NCBI GenBank assembly: GCA_016933175.1
Contig: JAFGBK010000070.1
Span: forward strand, 101,866-165,865
Reading direction: 5' to 3'
Length of the DNA stretch: 64,000 nucleotides
Origin: Candidatus Krumholzibacteriota bacterium
GTDB taxonomy: Bacteria; Krumholzibacteriota; Krumholzibacteriia; JACNKJ01
Shown here: positions 45,086 through 53,463 of the stretch, piece after piece
Layout: each line of letters begins with the position of its first letter
Numbering within the stretch: the stretch's first letter is position 1
Notes under the pieces: model-generated
Told to the model about the DNA's origin: nothing
What the model saw: only the letters and a program-made list of their open reading frames with translations
The model's database searches: none
Position numbers and translations under genes: made by a program

Positions 45086-47676
45086 GGCCCGCCCTCCGGC
45101 GCTCCCGGCGCGACGGCGCCCGAGTCGGGCGCGTAGCCCATGACCTCGTCGATGAGGCGCAGGCGGTCCTCGATGAGGGGGCTGCCCGGATTGCGGCGGT
45201 TGTAGTCCTCCAGCTCGCGCCGCACCAGGGCCAGGTTCTGCTCCGAGGGGAAGTAGCTGATGATGAAGTCCGCCAGCGAGAGGTAGGCGTTCTCGTAGTC
45301 GGGGTCCAGCTCGATGACCCGCCCCAGGGCCTGGACGACGAGGCGCCGCTCCCCCGCCGCCTCGGCGGCCTGGGCGTAGCGGGCCCAGAGCTGGGCGTTG
45401 TTCGGCTCGGCCGCCAGGTAGTGCTCGTAGGTGCGCAGCGCGCGCACGTAGTCGCCGCTCTTCATGTAGAGGTAGCCCAGGTACTGCACGACGGGACCCA
45501 GGTCCTCGCGGATGAGGCTGGCCATCTCCATGGCGCGCACGGCCAGGGCGGGATCGGGCGCGTAGCCCTCGCCGCCGCGGTCGGCCGCGATGGCGAGGCG
45601 GCTCCAGGCGGCGGCGTAGTTCTGGATCAGGTGGCGGATGGTCTCGTCCCGGTAGAAGCCGGGCAGGACCAGGTTGCTGTCGCCCGGCGCCGGCACGCGA
45701 TCGAGGATGGACGCGCTCGTCGGCGCCTCGGCCCAGGGCTCGCCGACGGTGCTGCGGTCCGCGGTCAGCACGCCCCGCCACTCGAAGACGTGCTCGAGGC
45801 TGCGGCGCAGCGTGTCGTAGTCGATCTGGTCGCGGCCCTTCTGCAATGTCATGCGGTAGGCGAGGCCCTCCATCCGCAGGTAGTCCTGGTAGGGCAGCAG
45901 GGTCTCCTGGGGGATGGTCACGGCGAAGTAGAAGGGATGGGCCTCCCAGCCCTCGGGCGAGCGCTGGGCGTTGACGAACATGTGGTTGATGACCTCGTCC
46001 CGCGGCTGGAAGATGCGCCCGTCCTCCAGGCGGAAGTAGTGGGTGGCCACCTCCCGGATCTCCGCGTTCGTGTAGGCGATGGGCACGCGCGGCTCGTCGT
46101 CGCGAAGCTGGCGCATGTACCAGTCCGTGTTGAGCAGGCTCAGGTTGACGACGCGCACGTCCTTGCGGAAGCCCTCCACCTCCTGGATGTACCAGAGCGG
46201 GAAGGTGTCGTTGTCGCCGTTGGTGAAGATGATGGCGTTCTTCTCCAGCGGCATCAGCATGTTGATCGCGTAGTCGCGGGCGATGAGGTTCTCGCTGCGG
46301 TCGTGGGTGTACCAGTGGTGCTGGAGCGGCCCGAAGGCGGCCAGCACCAGCAGCGGCGCCGCGACGGCCGCCAGCAGGCGCCCGCGCCGCTCCTCGAGCA
46401 GGGTCTGCAGCAGCCCCACGGCGCCCAGGCCGATGAACAGGGCGTAGAAGTAGAAGCCCGCCGCGTAGAAGTAGTCGCGCTCGCGCACCTCCTCCGACGA
46501 GAAGTTGAGGAAGAGGACGAGGCCGAGGGTGTTCACCAGGAGCACGGTCACCGTCGCGGCCCAGTGGCGCTTCTCCTGCTTGAACTGGTGCCACAGCCCC
46601 AGCAGGCCCAGGCCGATGGGCAGGGCCGTCAGGGCGCGGCCCAGGTGCAGGGCGCCCCACTGCCGCTCGGGCGGCATGCGGAACTGGTTCCAGAAGTAGC
46701 CGAAGAAGTGCTGGAACTGCCAGGACAGGGCCGCCTTGCGCTCCGTGGGCAGCTGGAAGGGGTACTGCTCGCGCTTGAGCACGGCCCAGAGGTTCTTCCA
46801 GCTGGACGGGTCGGCCTCGTTCATCACCGGCGACTGGCCGGCGCGGATGAGCAGGAACAGGTGCACGCTCAGGCCCAGGACGAACAGGCCCAGGGAGGCC
46901 AGCAGGAAAGGACGCCCGCGGGACTGGAAGGCCACGCCCGCCGCGAGGACGATCAGCAGGCCCGTGAACATGATGGCATCGGGCATGTGCATGATGGCGC
47001 TGCCCAGGAACAGCGCCAGGGTCAGGCCCACCAGCCAGAGTTCCAGGTCGTTGAAGCTCTTGGTGCGGATCATCAGGGCCATGACGAAGAAGCCCGGGAA
47101 GACGAGGATGGTGCCCAGGTGCAGGCCGATGCCCATGCTGAGCAGGTAGAGGATCAGGTAGACCAGGGCGTTGCCGCGCTTGAGGCTGGCCTGCTCGCTC
47201 CAGTCCAGCACGAGCCAGAGCACGAGCCCGAGGAAGAAGGCGCTCAGGGCGTAGACCTCAGACTCGATGGCGTTGAGCCAGAAGGTGTCGCTGAAGGCGA
47301 TGAACAGCGCGCCGCAGAGCCCGCCCGCGATCCGCACCCAGTGGGGCAGGGGCCCGTCGCCCCAGCGCCAGTGGCGCGTCAGCTTCAGCACCAGCAGGAA
47401 CATCATCAGGCTGGCCAGGGCCCCGAACAGGGCGCTCATCATGTTGGCCTTCTGGGCGACGCCGGCGTCCAGGGGCAGCACGCTGGCCAGGCGGACGAGT
47501 AGGACGAACAGGGGCGTGGCCGGCGGGTGCGGGATGCCCAGGGTGTAGCCGGCGGCGATGAACTCGCCGCAGTCCCAGAAGTTGAGAGTCGGTGAGAGGG
47601 TGCGCAGGTAGATGCCGAGGGGCGCGAGGAAGCTGGCGATGCCGGCGAGAAGGGCCGCGAGGCGACGACCTGACAT
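45082..47676 (-). CDS. DUF2723 (TMEM260-like) membrane glycosyltransferase with C-terminal TPRs
   Basis: YLRTLSPTLNFWDCGEFI...GIPHPP, FWLNAIESEVY, LKREQY, EVRERDYFY, IIFTNGDNDTFPLWYIQEVEG.RKDVRVVNLSLLNTDWY; TPR-like helices at the C-terminus. Confidence 0.87.
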   Translation of the reverse strand: MSGRRLAALLAGIASFLAPLGIYLRTLSPTLNFWDCGEFIAAGYTLGIPHPPATPLFVLLVRLASVLPLDAGVAQKANMMSALFGALASLMMFLLVLKLTRHWRWGDGPLPHWVRIAGGLCGALFIAFSDTFWLNAIESEVYALSAFFLGLVLWLVLDWSEQASLKRGNALVYLILYLLSMGIGLHLGTILVFPGFFVMALMIRTKSFNDLELWLVGLTLALFLGSAIMHMPDAIMFTGLLIVLAAGVAFQSRGRPFLLASLGLFVLGLSVHLFLLIRAGQSPVMNEADPSSWKNLWAVLKREQYPFQLPTERKAALSWQFQHFFGYFWNQFRMPPERQWGALHLGRALTALPIGLGLLGLWHQFKQEKRHWAATVTVLLVNTLGLVLFLNFSSEEVRERDYFYAAGFYFYALFIGLGAVGLLQTLLEERRGRLLAAVAAPLLVLAAFGPLQHHWYTHDRSENLIARDYAINMLMPLEKNAIIFTNGDNDTFPLWYIQEVEGFRKDVRVVNLSLLNTDWYMRQLRDDEPRVPIAYTNAEIREVATHYFRLEDGRIFQPRDEVINHMFVNAQRSPEGWEAHPFYFAVTIPQETLLPYQDYLRMEGLAYRMTLQKGRDQIDYDTLRRSLEHVFEWRGVLTADRSTVGEPWAEAPTSASILDRVPAPGDSNLVLPGFYRDETIRHLIQNYAAAWSRLAIAADRGGEGYAPDPALAVRAMEMASLIREDLGPVVQYLGYLYMKSGDYVRALRTYEHYLAAEPNNAQLWARYAQAAEAAGERRLVVQALGRVIELDPDYENAYLSLADFIISYFPSEQNLALVRRELEDYNRRNPGSPLIEDRLRLIDEVMGYAPDSGAVAPGAPEGGP

Positions 47677-47727
47677 GGAGACTTCCCGGAAAGAGGGTAA
47701 GAGACTGCAAAAACGACAAATACTAGC

Positions 47728-48723
47728 CTAATCCTGCCTAAAAGTTCCCGGCGGCACAACCCCTTTTTCGGCCGCCTGCGGCCGGCCGCGCCGCAGCAGG
47801 AAGAGCAGGCCGCCGCCGAGGCTGACGAGGAGCATGAGCAGGTAGGCCAGGATCTCGATGGCCACGGCGGCCTCGCCCCCCACGCCCAGGGGCGCGAAGA
47901 GCGGCAGGGCCAGTCCCTCCCGCAGGCCCAGCCCGCCGAGGGTCACCGGCAGGGTCAGGGCGAAGGCCAGGGGCGGCACCACGAGGAAGAAGTCGAAGAC
48001 CAGGGGGCAGGCGTCCCCCAGCACGGAGAGGCCGGCCAGGTAGTGCACGGCCACGCGCAGGGACTGCACCAGGAGGGAGAAGAGAAAGAGGCCGCCGAAC
48101 AGGGTGCGCCGGCGGCGCAGGCGACGCAGCTGCTCGACGATCCGCGCGCGAAAGCCGCCGGGGGGCAGCAGGCCCAGCCTCTCGGCCAGGCGGTGCAGGC
48201 CGCCGGCCAGGGGCCCCACCATGACCAGCAGGAGCAGGGCCAGGAAGGCCAGGGCGCCCCAGAAGACGGGCGCCACCAGGCCGGCCAGCTCGGCCCGCGG
48301 CGACAGGAGGCGGGCCGCCAGGACGGCCAGCAGGGCCAGGGCCGCCAGGCCCGTCACGCGGTCGGCCAGGGTGGCCGTGGCCGCCGCCACGGGATCGAAG
48401 CGCTCGCGGCTCAGGTCGAGGACCTTCACCAGGTCGCCGCCCACGTTGCTGGGCAGGAAGTTGTTGAAGAAGAGGCCCACCCAGTAGAGCTCCAGCAGCT
48501 TGGGCAGGCCGAGCGTGATGCCCATGGCCGCCAGGAAGCGGCCCCACTGCCAGGCTCCCGCCAGGACGCTGGCCGCGAAGACGCCCAGGGCGGCCAGCAG
48601 GGCCGCCGGCCGGGCGCCCGCCAGGATGGCCAGGGCCTCGCCGGGGGAGATCCGCGTCAGGAGAAAGGCCACCAGGGCCACGGTGACCACGGCCTTGCCC
48701 AGGGTGCGCAGGCGGCCGCTCAC
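47728..48723 (-). CDS. LPG_synthase_TM/UPF0104-family membrane protein (putative lipid-linked sugar flippase)
   Basis: YWVGLFFNNFLPSNVGGDLVK, LADRVTGL, LPVTLGGLGLREG. GTG 48723 overlaps the GT4 stop. Confidence 0.85.
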   Translation of the reverse strand: MSGRLRTLGKAVVTVALVAFLLTRISPGEALAILAGARPAALLAALGVFAASVLAGAWQWGRFLAAMGITLGLPKLLELYWVGLFFNNFLPSNVGGDLVKVLDLSRERFDPVAAATATLADRVTGLAALALLAVLAARLLSPRAELAGLVAPVFWGALAFLALLLLVMVGPLAGGLHRLAERLGLLPPGGFRARIVEQLRRLRRRRTLFGGLFLFSLLVQSLRVAVHYLAGLSVLGDACPLVFDFFLVVPPLAFALTLPVTLGGLGLREGLALPLFAPLGVGGEAAVAIEILAYLLMLLVSLGGGLLFLLRRGRPQAAEKGVVPPGTFRQD

Positions 48724-49865
48724 GGGTGGGGCCCGCTCTTGCCGCCTTCCAGCAGGGACGCCAGGAGCGCCTCGGTCTCCCGGGCGGTGGTCTCCCAGCT
48801 GAAGCTCCGCGCGCGGCGGGCGGCGGCCTCGCCCATGGCGCGACGCCGGTCCTCGTCGCCGAGGAGGGCGACGGCGGCGGCGGCCATGGCCGGCACGTCC
48901 CCGTAAGGCACGAGCACGCCCGTCTCGCCGTCGCGCACCGAGTCGCGCAGGCCCGGCGAGTCGGCGGCAACGGTGGGCAGGCCGCAGGCGCCGGCCTCCA
49001 CCACCGTCAGGCCCCAGCCCTCCTTGGGGCTGGCGTTGAGGAAGAGCCGGCAGCGGTAGAGCAGGTCCACCATGTCGGCCTGGGGCAGGTGCCCGTGGAA
49101 GCGCACGGCGTCCTCCAGGCCGAGCCGCGCGGCCAGGGCCGCCAGGGCGGGGCGCTCGGGCCCGTCGCCCACCACGTCCAGGGTGGCCGCCGGCAGCTCG
49201 GCGCGGATGCGCGTCATCGCGCGCAGCACCAGATCGACGCCCTTGTAGCGGCGCAGTCGCCCCAGGTGGACCAGGCGCGGCGCCGCGTCGCGCGGCGGCG
49301 GCGCTGGCAGGTCGTAGGGTGCGGCGTCGAAGCCGCAGTAGCTCACCGTGACGCGCTCCGGCTCGAAGCCGCGCCGCACGAGGTCGTCGCGCGTGCTGGG
49401 GCTGATGGCCAGCACGCGGCTGCGGCGGTAGACGCGCGGGATCAGCAGCTCGTGGGCGTAGACGTAGGCGGCGAAGAGCGGGTTGGTCTCGCGGAAGACC
49501 GTCGTGCCGAACAGGTGCGGGATCACCAGCAGGTGGGGACGTGACGTCACCAGGGGCAGGAAGAAGGGGATCTTGTTGACGTCCTCGACGACGGCGTCGA
49601 AGGGCTCGTCGCGCAACAGGCGGCGCGCCGCCAGGGCCAGGCTCCAGTTGGCGTTCCACCAGACGCCGGCGCGCACCACGCGCAGCCCGTCGTAGCGCTC
49701 CTCGCGGGCGGCGCCGGGCCAGCCGGCCGCCAGCAGCGTCACGCCCCAGCCCCAGCGGGCGAGGCGGACCAGGATCTCGTGCAGGTGGACCTCGGCGCCG
49801 CCCGCGTCGGGATTGCGCAGGTCGCGCCAGTTGACGGCCAGGAGGCGCCCCTTGCCCTCGCTCAT
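48720..49865 (-). CDS. GT4-family glycosyltransferase
   Basis: NWRDLRNPDAGGAEVH, ISPSTRDDL, LGRLRRYKGV, SPKEGWGLTVVEAGACG, PGLRDSV. Confidence 0.9.
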   Translation of the reverse strand: MSEGKGRLLAVNWRDLRNPDAGGAEVHLHEILVRLARWGWGVTLLAAGWPGAAREERYDGLRVVRAGVWWNANWSLALAARRLLRDEPFDAVVEDVNKIPFFLPLVTSRPHLLVIPHLFGTTVFRETNPLFAAYVYAHELLIPRVYRRSRVLAISPSTRDDLVRRGFEPERVTVSYCGFDAAPYDLPAPPPRDAAPRLVHLGRLRRYKGVDLVLRAMTRIRAELPAATLDVVGDGPERPALAALAARLGLEDAVRFHGHLPQADMVDLLYRCRLFLNASPKEGWGLTVVEAGACGLPTVAADSPGLRDSVRDGETGVLVPYGDVPAMAAAAVALLGDEDRRRAMGEAAARRARSFSWETTARETEALLASLLEGGKSGPHP

Positions 49866-50647
49866 GGCGCCGGCGCTCCGGGGCGACGGGCGACGGTCCC
49901 CAGGACCATGCCCGTGTAGTGGCCCAGGCGGCGGTAGCGCAGGGCCGCGCGCAGGCGCGCGCCCGCCGGGCCCAGCAGGGGCAGGGGCCGGGGATGGCCG
50001 GGCAGGCGCAGACCCAGGCGGCCCAGGGCCAGTCGCAGGGCCCGGTAGGCCAGGCTCGGCTCGGGCCAGCTGGCGTAGCTGCCCAGGACCTCCAGGCCGG
50101 CCGCCGCCATGAGACCCTCCAGCTCGCGAACGCTGAAGGAGCGCTCCCAGCCGGCGAACCAGCGGTCCAGGGCGATGAGCAGCCGCTTGACGGCCGTGTA
50201 GGCGTGCCAGCGCTGGGGCACGTCGATGAGCAGGACGCCGCCGGGCGCCAGCACGCGCGCGTGCTCGGCCACCACCGGCGCCGGATCGCGGAAGTGCTCG
50301 AGCAGGCCCTGGTGGAAGACCAGGTCGAAGCTGCCGTCAGCAAACGGCAGGCGCCGCGCGTCGCCGCGCACGAGGATCAGGGGCAGGCCCGGCTCCCAGG
50401 CCCGGCGCACGGTGCGCAGGGCGGGCTCGCTGTAGTCGAGGACGGTGACGGCGGCGCCACGGCGCGCCAGCTCCAGGGAGTCGCGGCCGCTGCCCGCTCC
50501 CACCTCCAGGACGCGGGCGCCGGCGGCGTCGCGCCAGCGCAGCAGCTCGCGCCAGGGCTCGCCGACGGCCGGGTAGATCTCCTCCAGCGGGCGGGCGTCC
50601 CAGTAGCGGTCCCAGTGCTCCCGGCGGCTCGCGCGGCGCTCGCTCAC
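49862..50647 (-). CDS. Class I SAM-dependent methyltransferase
   Basis: VLEVGAGSG, LDYS, GDARRLPFADGSFDLVF, GLLEHF, RVLAPGG. GTG 50647 overlaps the nusB stop. Confidence 0.87.
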   Translation of the reverse strand: MSERRASRREHWDRYWDARPLEEIYPAVGEPWRELLRWRDAAGARVLEVGAGSGRDSLELARRGAAVTVLDYSEPALRTVRRAWEPGLPLILVRGDARRLPFADGSFDLVFHQGLLEHFRDPAPVVAEHARVLAPGGVLLIDVPQRWHAYTAVKRLLIALDRWFAGWERSFSVRELEGLMAAAGLEVLGSYASWPEPSLAYRALRLALGRLGLRLPGHPRPLPLLGPAGARLRAALRYRRLGHYTGMVLGTVARRPGAPAP

Positions 50648-51063
50648 GGGGCGCCCTCCCCGCGCGCGGCCAGCAGCAGGGGCTCCAGGACACCGTTGAC
50701 GAAGCGCGCCGCCTCGTCGCTGTCGTACTTGCGGGCCAGCTCCACGGCCTCGTCCAGGATCACGCGGGTGGGCACCTCGGGCGCGTGGCGCCCCTCGGCC
50801 AGGCTCAGGCGCAGGACCAGGCGGACGATGAGGCTGAGGCGCTCGGGTTCCCAGTTCTCCACGCGCGCGGCCACGGCCGCGTCCGCGGCGGCCGCTTCCT
50901 GGCGCGCCCATGCCACCAGGCGGCGCGCGTACTCCGCGCTGGCCGGCGCGCTGCGGCGCCGGGCCGCGTGCTCGTCCAGGACGCGGTCCGGATCCTTGCC
51001 GGGCGACTCCAGCTCGTAGAGGCACTGGAGGGCCAGCTCGCGGGCCTTGCGGCGACGGCCCAC
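50644..51063 (-). CDS. nusB: Transcription antitermination factor NusB
   Basis: RRKARELALQCLYE, NWEPERL, VILDEAVELARKY...FVNGVL; follows ribH. Confidence 0.95.
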   Translation of the reverse strand: MGRRRKARELALQCLYELESPGKDPDRVLDEHAARRRSAPASAEYARRLVAWARQEAAAADAAVAARVENWEPERLSLIVRLVLRLSLAEGRHAPEVPTRVILDEAVELARKYDSDEAARFVNGVLEPLLLAARGEGAP

Positions 51064-51066
51064 GCG

Positions 51067-51537
51067 TCAGGCCTCGAGCTGGCGGCGCAGATCGACGAGC
51101 TCGATCGCGCCGAGGGCGGCCTCCCAGCCCTTGTTGCCGCTCTTGGTGCCGCTGCGCTCGATGGCCTGCTCGAGGGTGTCGGTGGTCAGGACGCCGAAGA
51201 CGACGGGCACGCCCGTGTCCAGGCCGACCTGGGCGATGCCCTTGGCCGACTCGGCGGCGATGTACTCGAAGTGGGGCGTGCCGCCGCGGATCACCGCGCC
51301 CAGGCAGACCACGGCGTCGTAGCGGCCCGAGGACGCGGCCTGCTTGGCCACCAGGGGCAGCTCGTAGCTGCCCGGCACCATGATGTCCGTGAGATCCTCC
51401 GCGTCGGCGCCGTGGCGCAGCAGGCAATCGTGGGCGCCCGCCACCAGGTGCTCGGTGAGGAACTCGTTGAAGCGGCTCGCCACGATGGCGATCCTCATGC
51501 CGCGGGCGTCCAGGCGCCCCTCGATTCGCTTGATCAT
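51067..51537 (-). CDS. ribH: 6,7-dimethyl-8-ribityllumazine synthase
   Basis: IAIVASRFNE, VPGSYELP, LGAVIRGGTPHFEY, FGVLTTDTLEQAIERSGTKSGNKG. Confidence 0.98.
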   Translation of the reverse strand: MIKRIEGRLDARGMRIAIVASRFNEFLTEHLVAGAHDCLLRHGADAEDLTDIMVPGSYELPLVAKQAASSGRYDAVVCLGAVIRGGTPHFEYIAAESAKGIAQVGLDTGVPVVFGVLTTDTLEQAIERSGTKSGNKGWEAALGAIELVDLRRQLEA

Positions 51538-51600
51538 GGTCCCTCCTGTCGCGTTCAGGGGTCGCAGAATCGCAGGCCCCCGGCAAGGGAAAAGATCCCG

Positions 51601-52806
51601 TCAGGCCTGTTCCAGCAGGTGCCCCAGCTTCTCCCGTTTCGTGTGGAGGTAGCGGACGTTGTCCGGGTTGGGCTCGACCTCCAGGGGCAGGCGCTCGACG
51701 ACCTCGAGACCGTAGGCCTCCAGGCCGACGATCTTGCGCGGGTTGTTCGTCAGCAGGCGCAGGCGCCTGAGCCCGAGGTCCGCCAGGATCTGCGCGCCGA
51801 TGCCGTAGTCGCGCAGGTCGGCCCGGAAGCCGAGGCGGTGGTTGGCCTCCACCGTGTCGAGCCCCTCCTCCTGCAGCTTGTAGGCGCGCAGCTTGTTCTC
51901 CAGGCCGATGCCCCGCCCCTCCTGGTTCATGTAGAGGAAGACGCCGTTGCCGTCCTCCTCGATGAGGCGCATGGCCAGGTCGCGCTGCTGGCCGCAGTCG
52001 CAGCGGTGGCTGCCCAGGGTGTCGCCGGTGAAGCACTTGCTGTGCACGCGCACCAGGGGCGCCGGGTGGTTGGCCGGCTCGCCCTTGACCAGGGCCGCGT
52101 GCTGCATGCCGTCCACGCGGCTCTCGTAGAGGAAGAGTCGGAAGTGCCCGTGCTCGGTGGGCATGTCCACGTCGATGAGGCGCGCCACCAGCTTCTCGCG
52201 GGAGTAGCGATAGCGGATGAGGTCCCGCACGGAGATCATCAGCAGGCCGTGGCGCTCGCAGAAGATCTCCAGGTCGGGCACGCGCGCCATGGAGCCGTCG
52301 TCGTTGAGGATCTCGCAGAGCATGCCCGCCGGCCGGAGCCCCGCCAGGCGCGCCAGGTCCACGGCGGCCTCGGTGTGGCCGGCGCGCTGGAGCACGCCGC
52401 CGGGCCGCGCGGCCAGGGGAAAGACGTGCCCGGGGCGGGCCAGGTCCTCGGGGCGCGTGCGCGCGCCGGCGATGAGGCTCACCGTGCGCGCGCGGTCGAC
52501 GGCGCTGATGCCCGTCGTCACACCCTCGCTGGCGTCGACGCTGATGGTGAAGGGCGTGCGGATGGCGCGGCTGTGCTGGTGCTCCATGGGATCGAGATCC
52601 AGCCGGTGCAGCAGCTCGCGATCGGCGGGCGCGCAGATGAGGCCGCGTCCGTGGACGGCGAAGAAGTTGACCGCCGCCGGCGTCACCTTCTCGGCGGCCA
52701 TGATCAGGTCGCCCTCGTTCTCCCGATCCTCGTCGTCGACGACGACCACCATGCCGCCCTCGCGGATCTTCTCGAGGGCCTGCTCCACGCGGCTGAAGTC
52801 GGTCAT
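51601..52806 (-). CDS. ribBA: Bifunctional DHBP synthase / GTP cyclohydrolase II
   Basis: DDEDRENEGD, RPGHVFPL, RAGHTEA; VRVHSKCFTGD...RCDCG, QEGRGIGL, LLTNNPRK. Confidence 0.97.
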   Translation of the reverse strand: MTDFSRVEQALEKIREGGMVVVVDDEDRENEGDLIMAAEKVTPAAVNFFAVHGRGLICAPADRELLHRLDLDPMEHQHSRAIRTPFTISVDASEGVTTGISAVDRARTVSLIAGARTRPEDLARPGHVFPLAARPGGVLQRAGHTEAAVDLARLAGLRPAGMLCEILNDDGSMARVPDLEIFCERHGLLMISVRDLIRYRYSREKLVARLIDVDMPTEHGHFRLFLYESRVDGMQHAALVKGEPANHPAPLVRVHSKCFTGDTLGSHRCDCGQQRDLAMRLIEEDGNGVFLYMNQEGRGIGLENKLRAYKLQEEGLDTVEANHRLGFRADLRDYGIGAQILADLGLRRLRLLTNNPRKIVGLEAYGLEVVERLPLEVEPNPDNVRYLHTKREKLGHLLEQA

Positions 52807-53462
52807 GCCTTGTCCTTTCCGATGAAGCCGTGCTCGGCGAGCAGCGACGCCAGGCGCGCGTCGCGGTCCCCGCCCGGCGCCGCGAGGCGCCGCACGTACT
52901 TGCCCAGGATGTCGGTCTCCAGGTTAACCCGGTCGCCCGGGCGCGCCCCGCCGAGGGTGGTCGCGGCGAGGGTGTGGGGAATGATGAAGAGCTCGCAGCC
53001 CTCCGGCAGGAGGGCGGGGCCCACGGTCAGGGAGATGCCGTCCACGGCCAGGCTCCCCTTGGGCACGAGTTCGGGCATGAGGTCCGCCGGCACCCAGACG
53101 CGCAGGCGCGTCCAGCCGCCCTCGCTGCAGACGGCCTCCAGTCGCCCGACGCCGTCCACGTGGCCCGTGACCAGGTGCCCGCCGAGGCGGCCGCCCAGGG
53201 TCAGGGCCCGCTCCAGGTTGACGCGCGCCCCCGGGCGCAGCGCGCCCAGCGTGCTCGCGCGCAGTGTCTCGCCCATGGCGTAGAAGCGGAAGCGCCCGCC
53301 CTCGCGCTCGATCACCGTCTGGCAGGCGCCGCTGACGGCCACGGAGTCGCCCGCGGCCAGCTCGGGGGCCAGGCGCGGAGCCGCCACCTCGAAGGCGCAG
53401 CCGCCGCTCCGCTCGACGCGGGCGGTCACGGTTCCCAGCTCCTCCACCAGTCCCGTGAACAT
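52803..53462 (-). CDS. ribE: Riboflavin synthase
   Basis: MFTGLVEELG start (ATG 53462), GDSVAVSGACQT, VNLERAL, GGHLVTGHVDG, KGSLAVDGISLT, IIPHT, VNLETD. Confidence 0.96.
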   Translation of the reverse strand: MFTGLVEELGTVTARVERSGGCAFEVAAPRLAPELAAGDSVAVSGACQTVIEREGGRFRFYAMGETLRASTLGALRPGARVNLERALTLGGRLGGHLVTGHVDGVGRLEAVCSEGGWTRLRVWVPADLMPELVPKGSLAVDGISLTVGPALLPEGCELFIIPHTLAATTLGGARPGDRVNLETDILGKYVRRLAAPGGDRDARLASLLAEHGFIGKDKA

Positions 53463-53463
53463 C

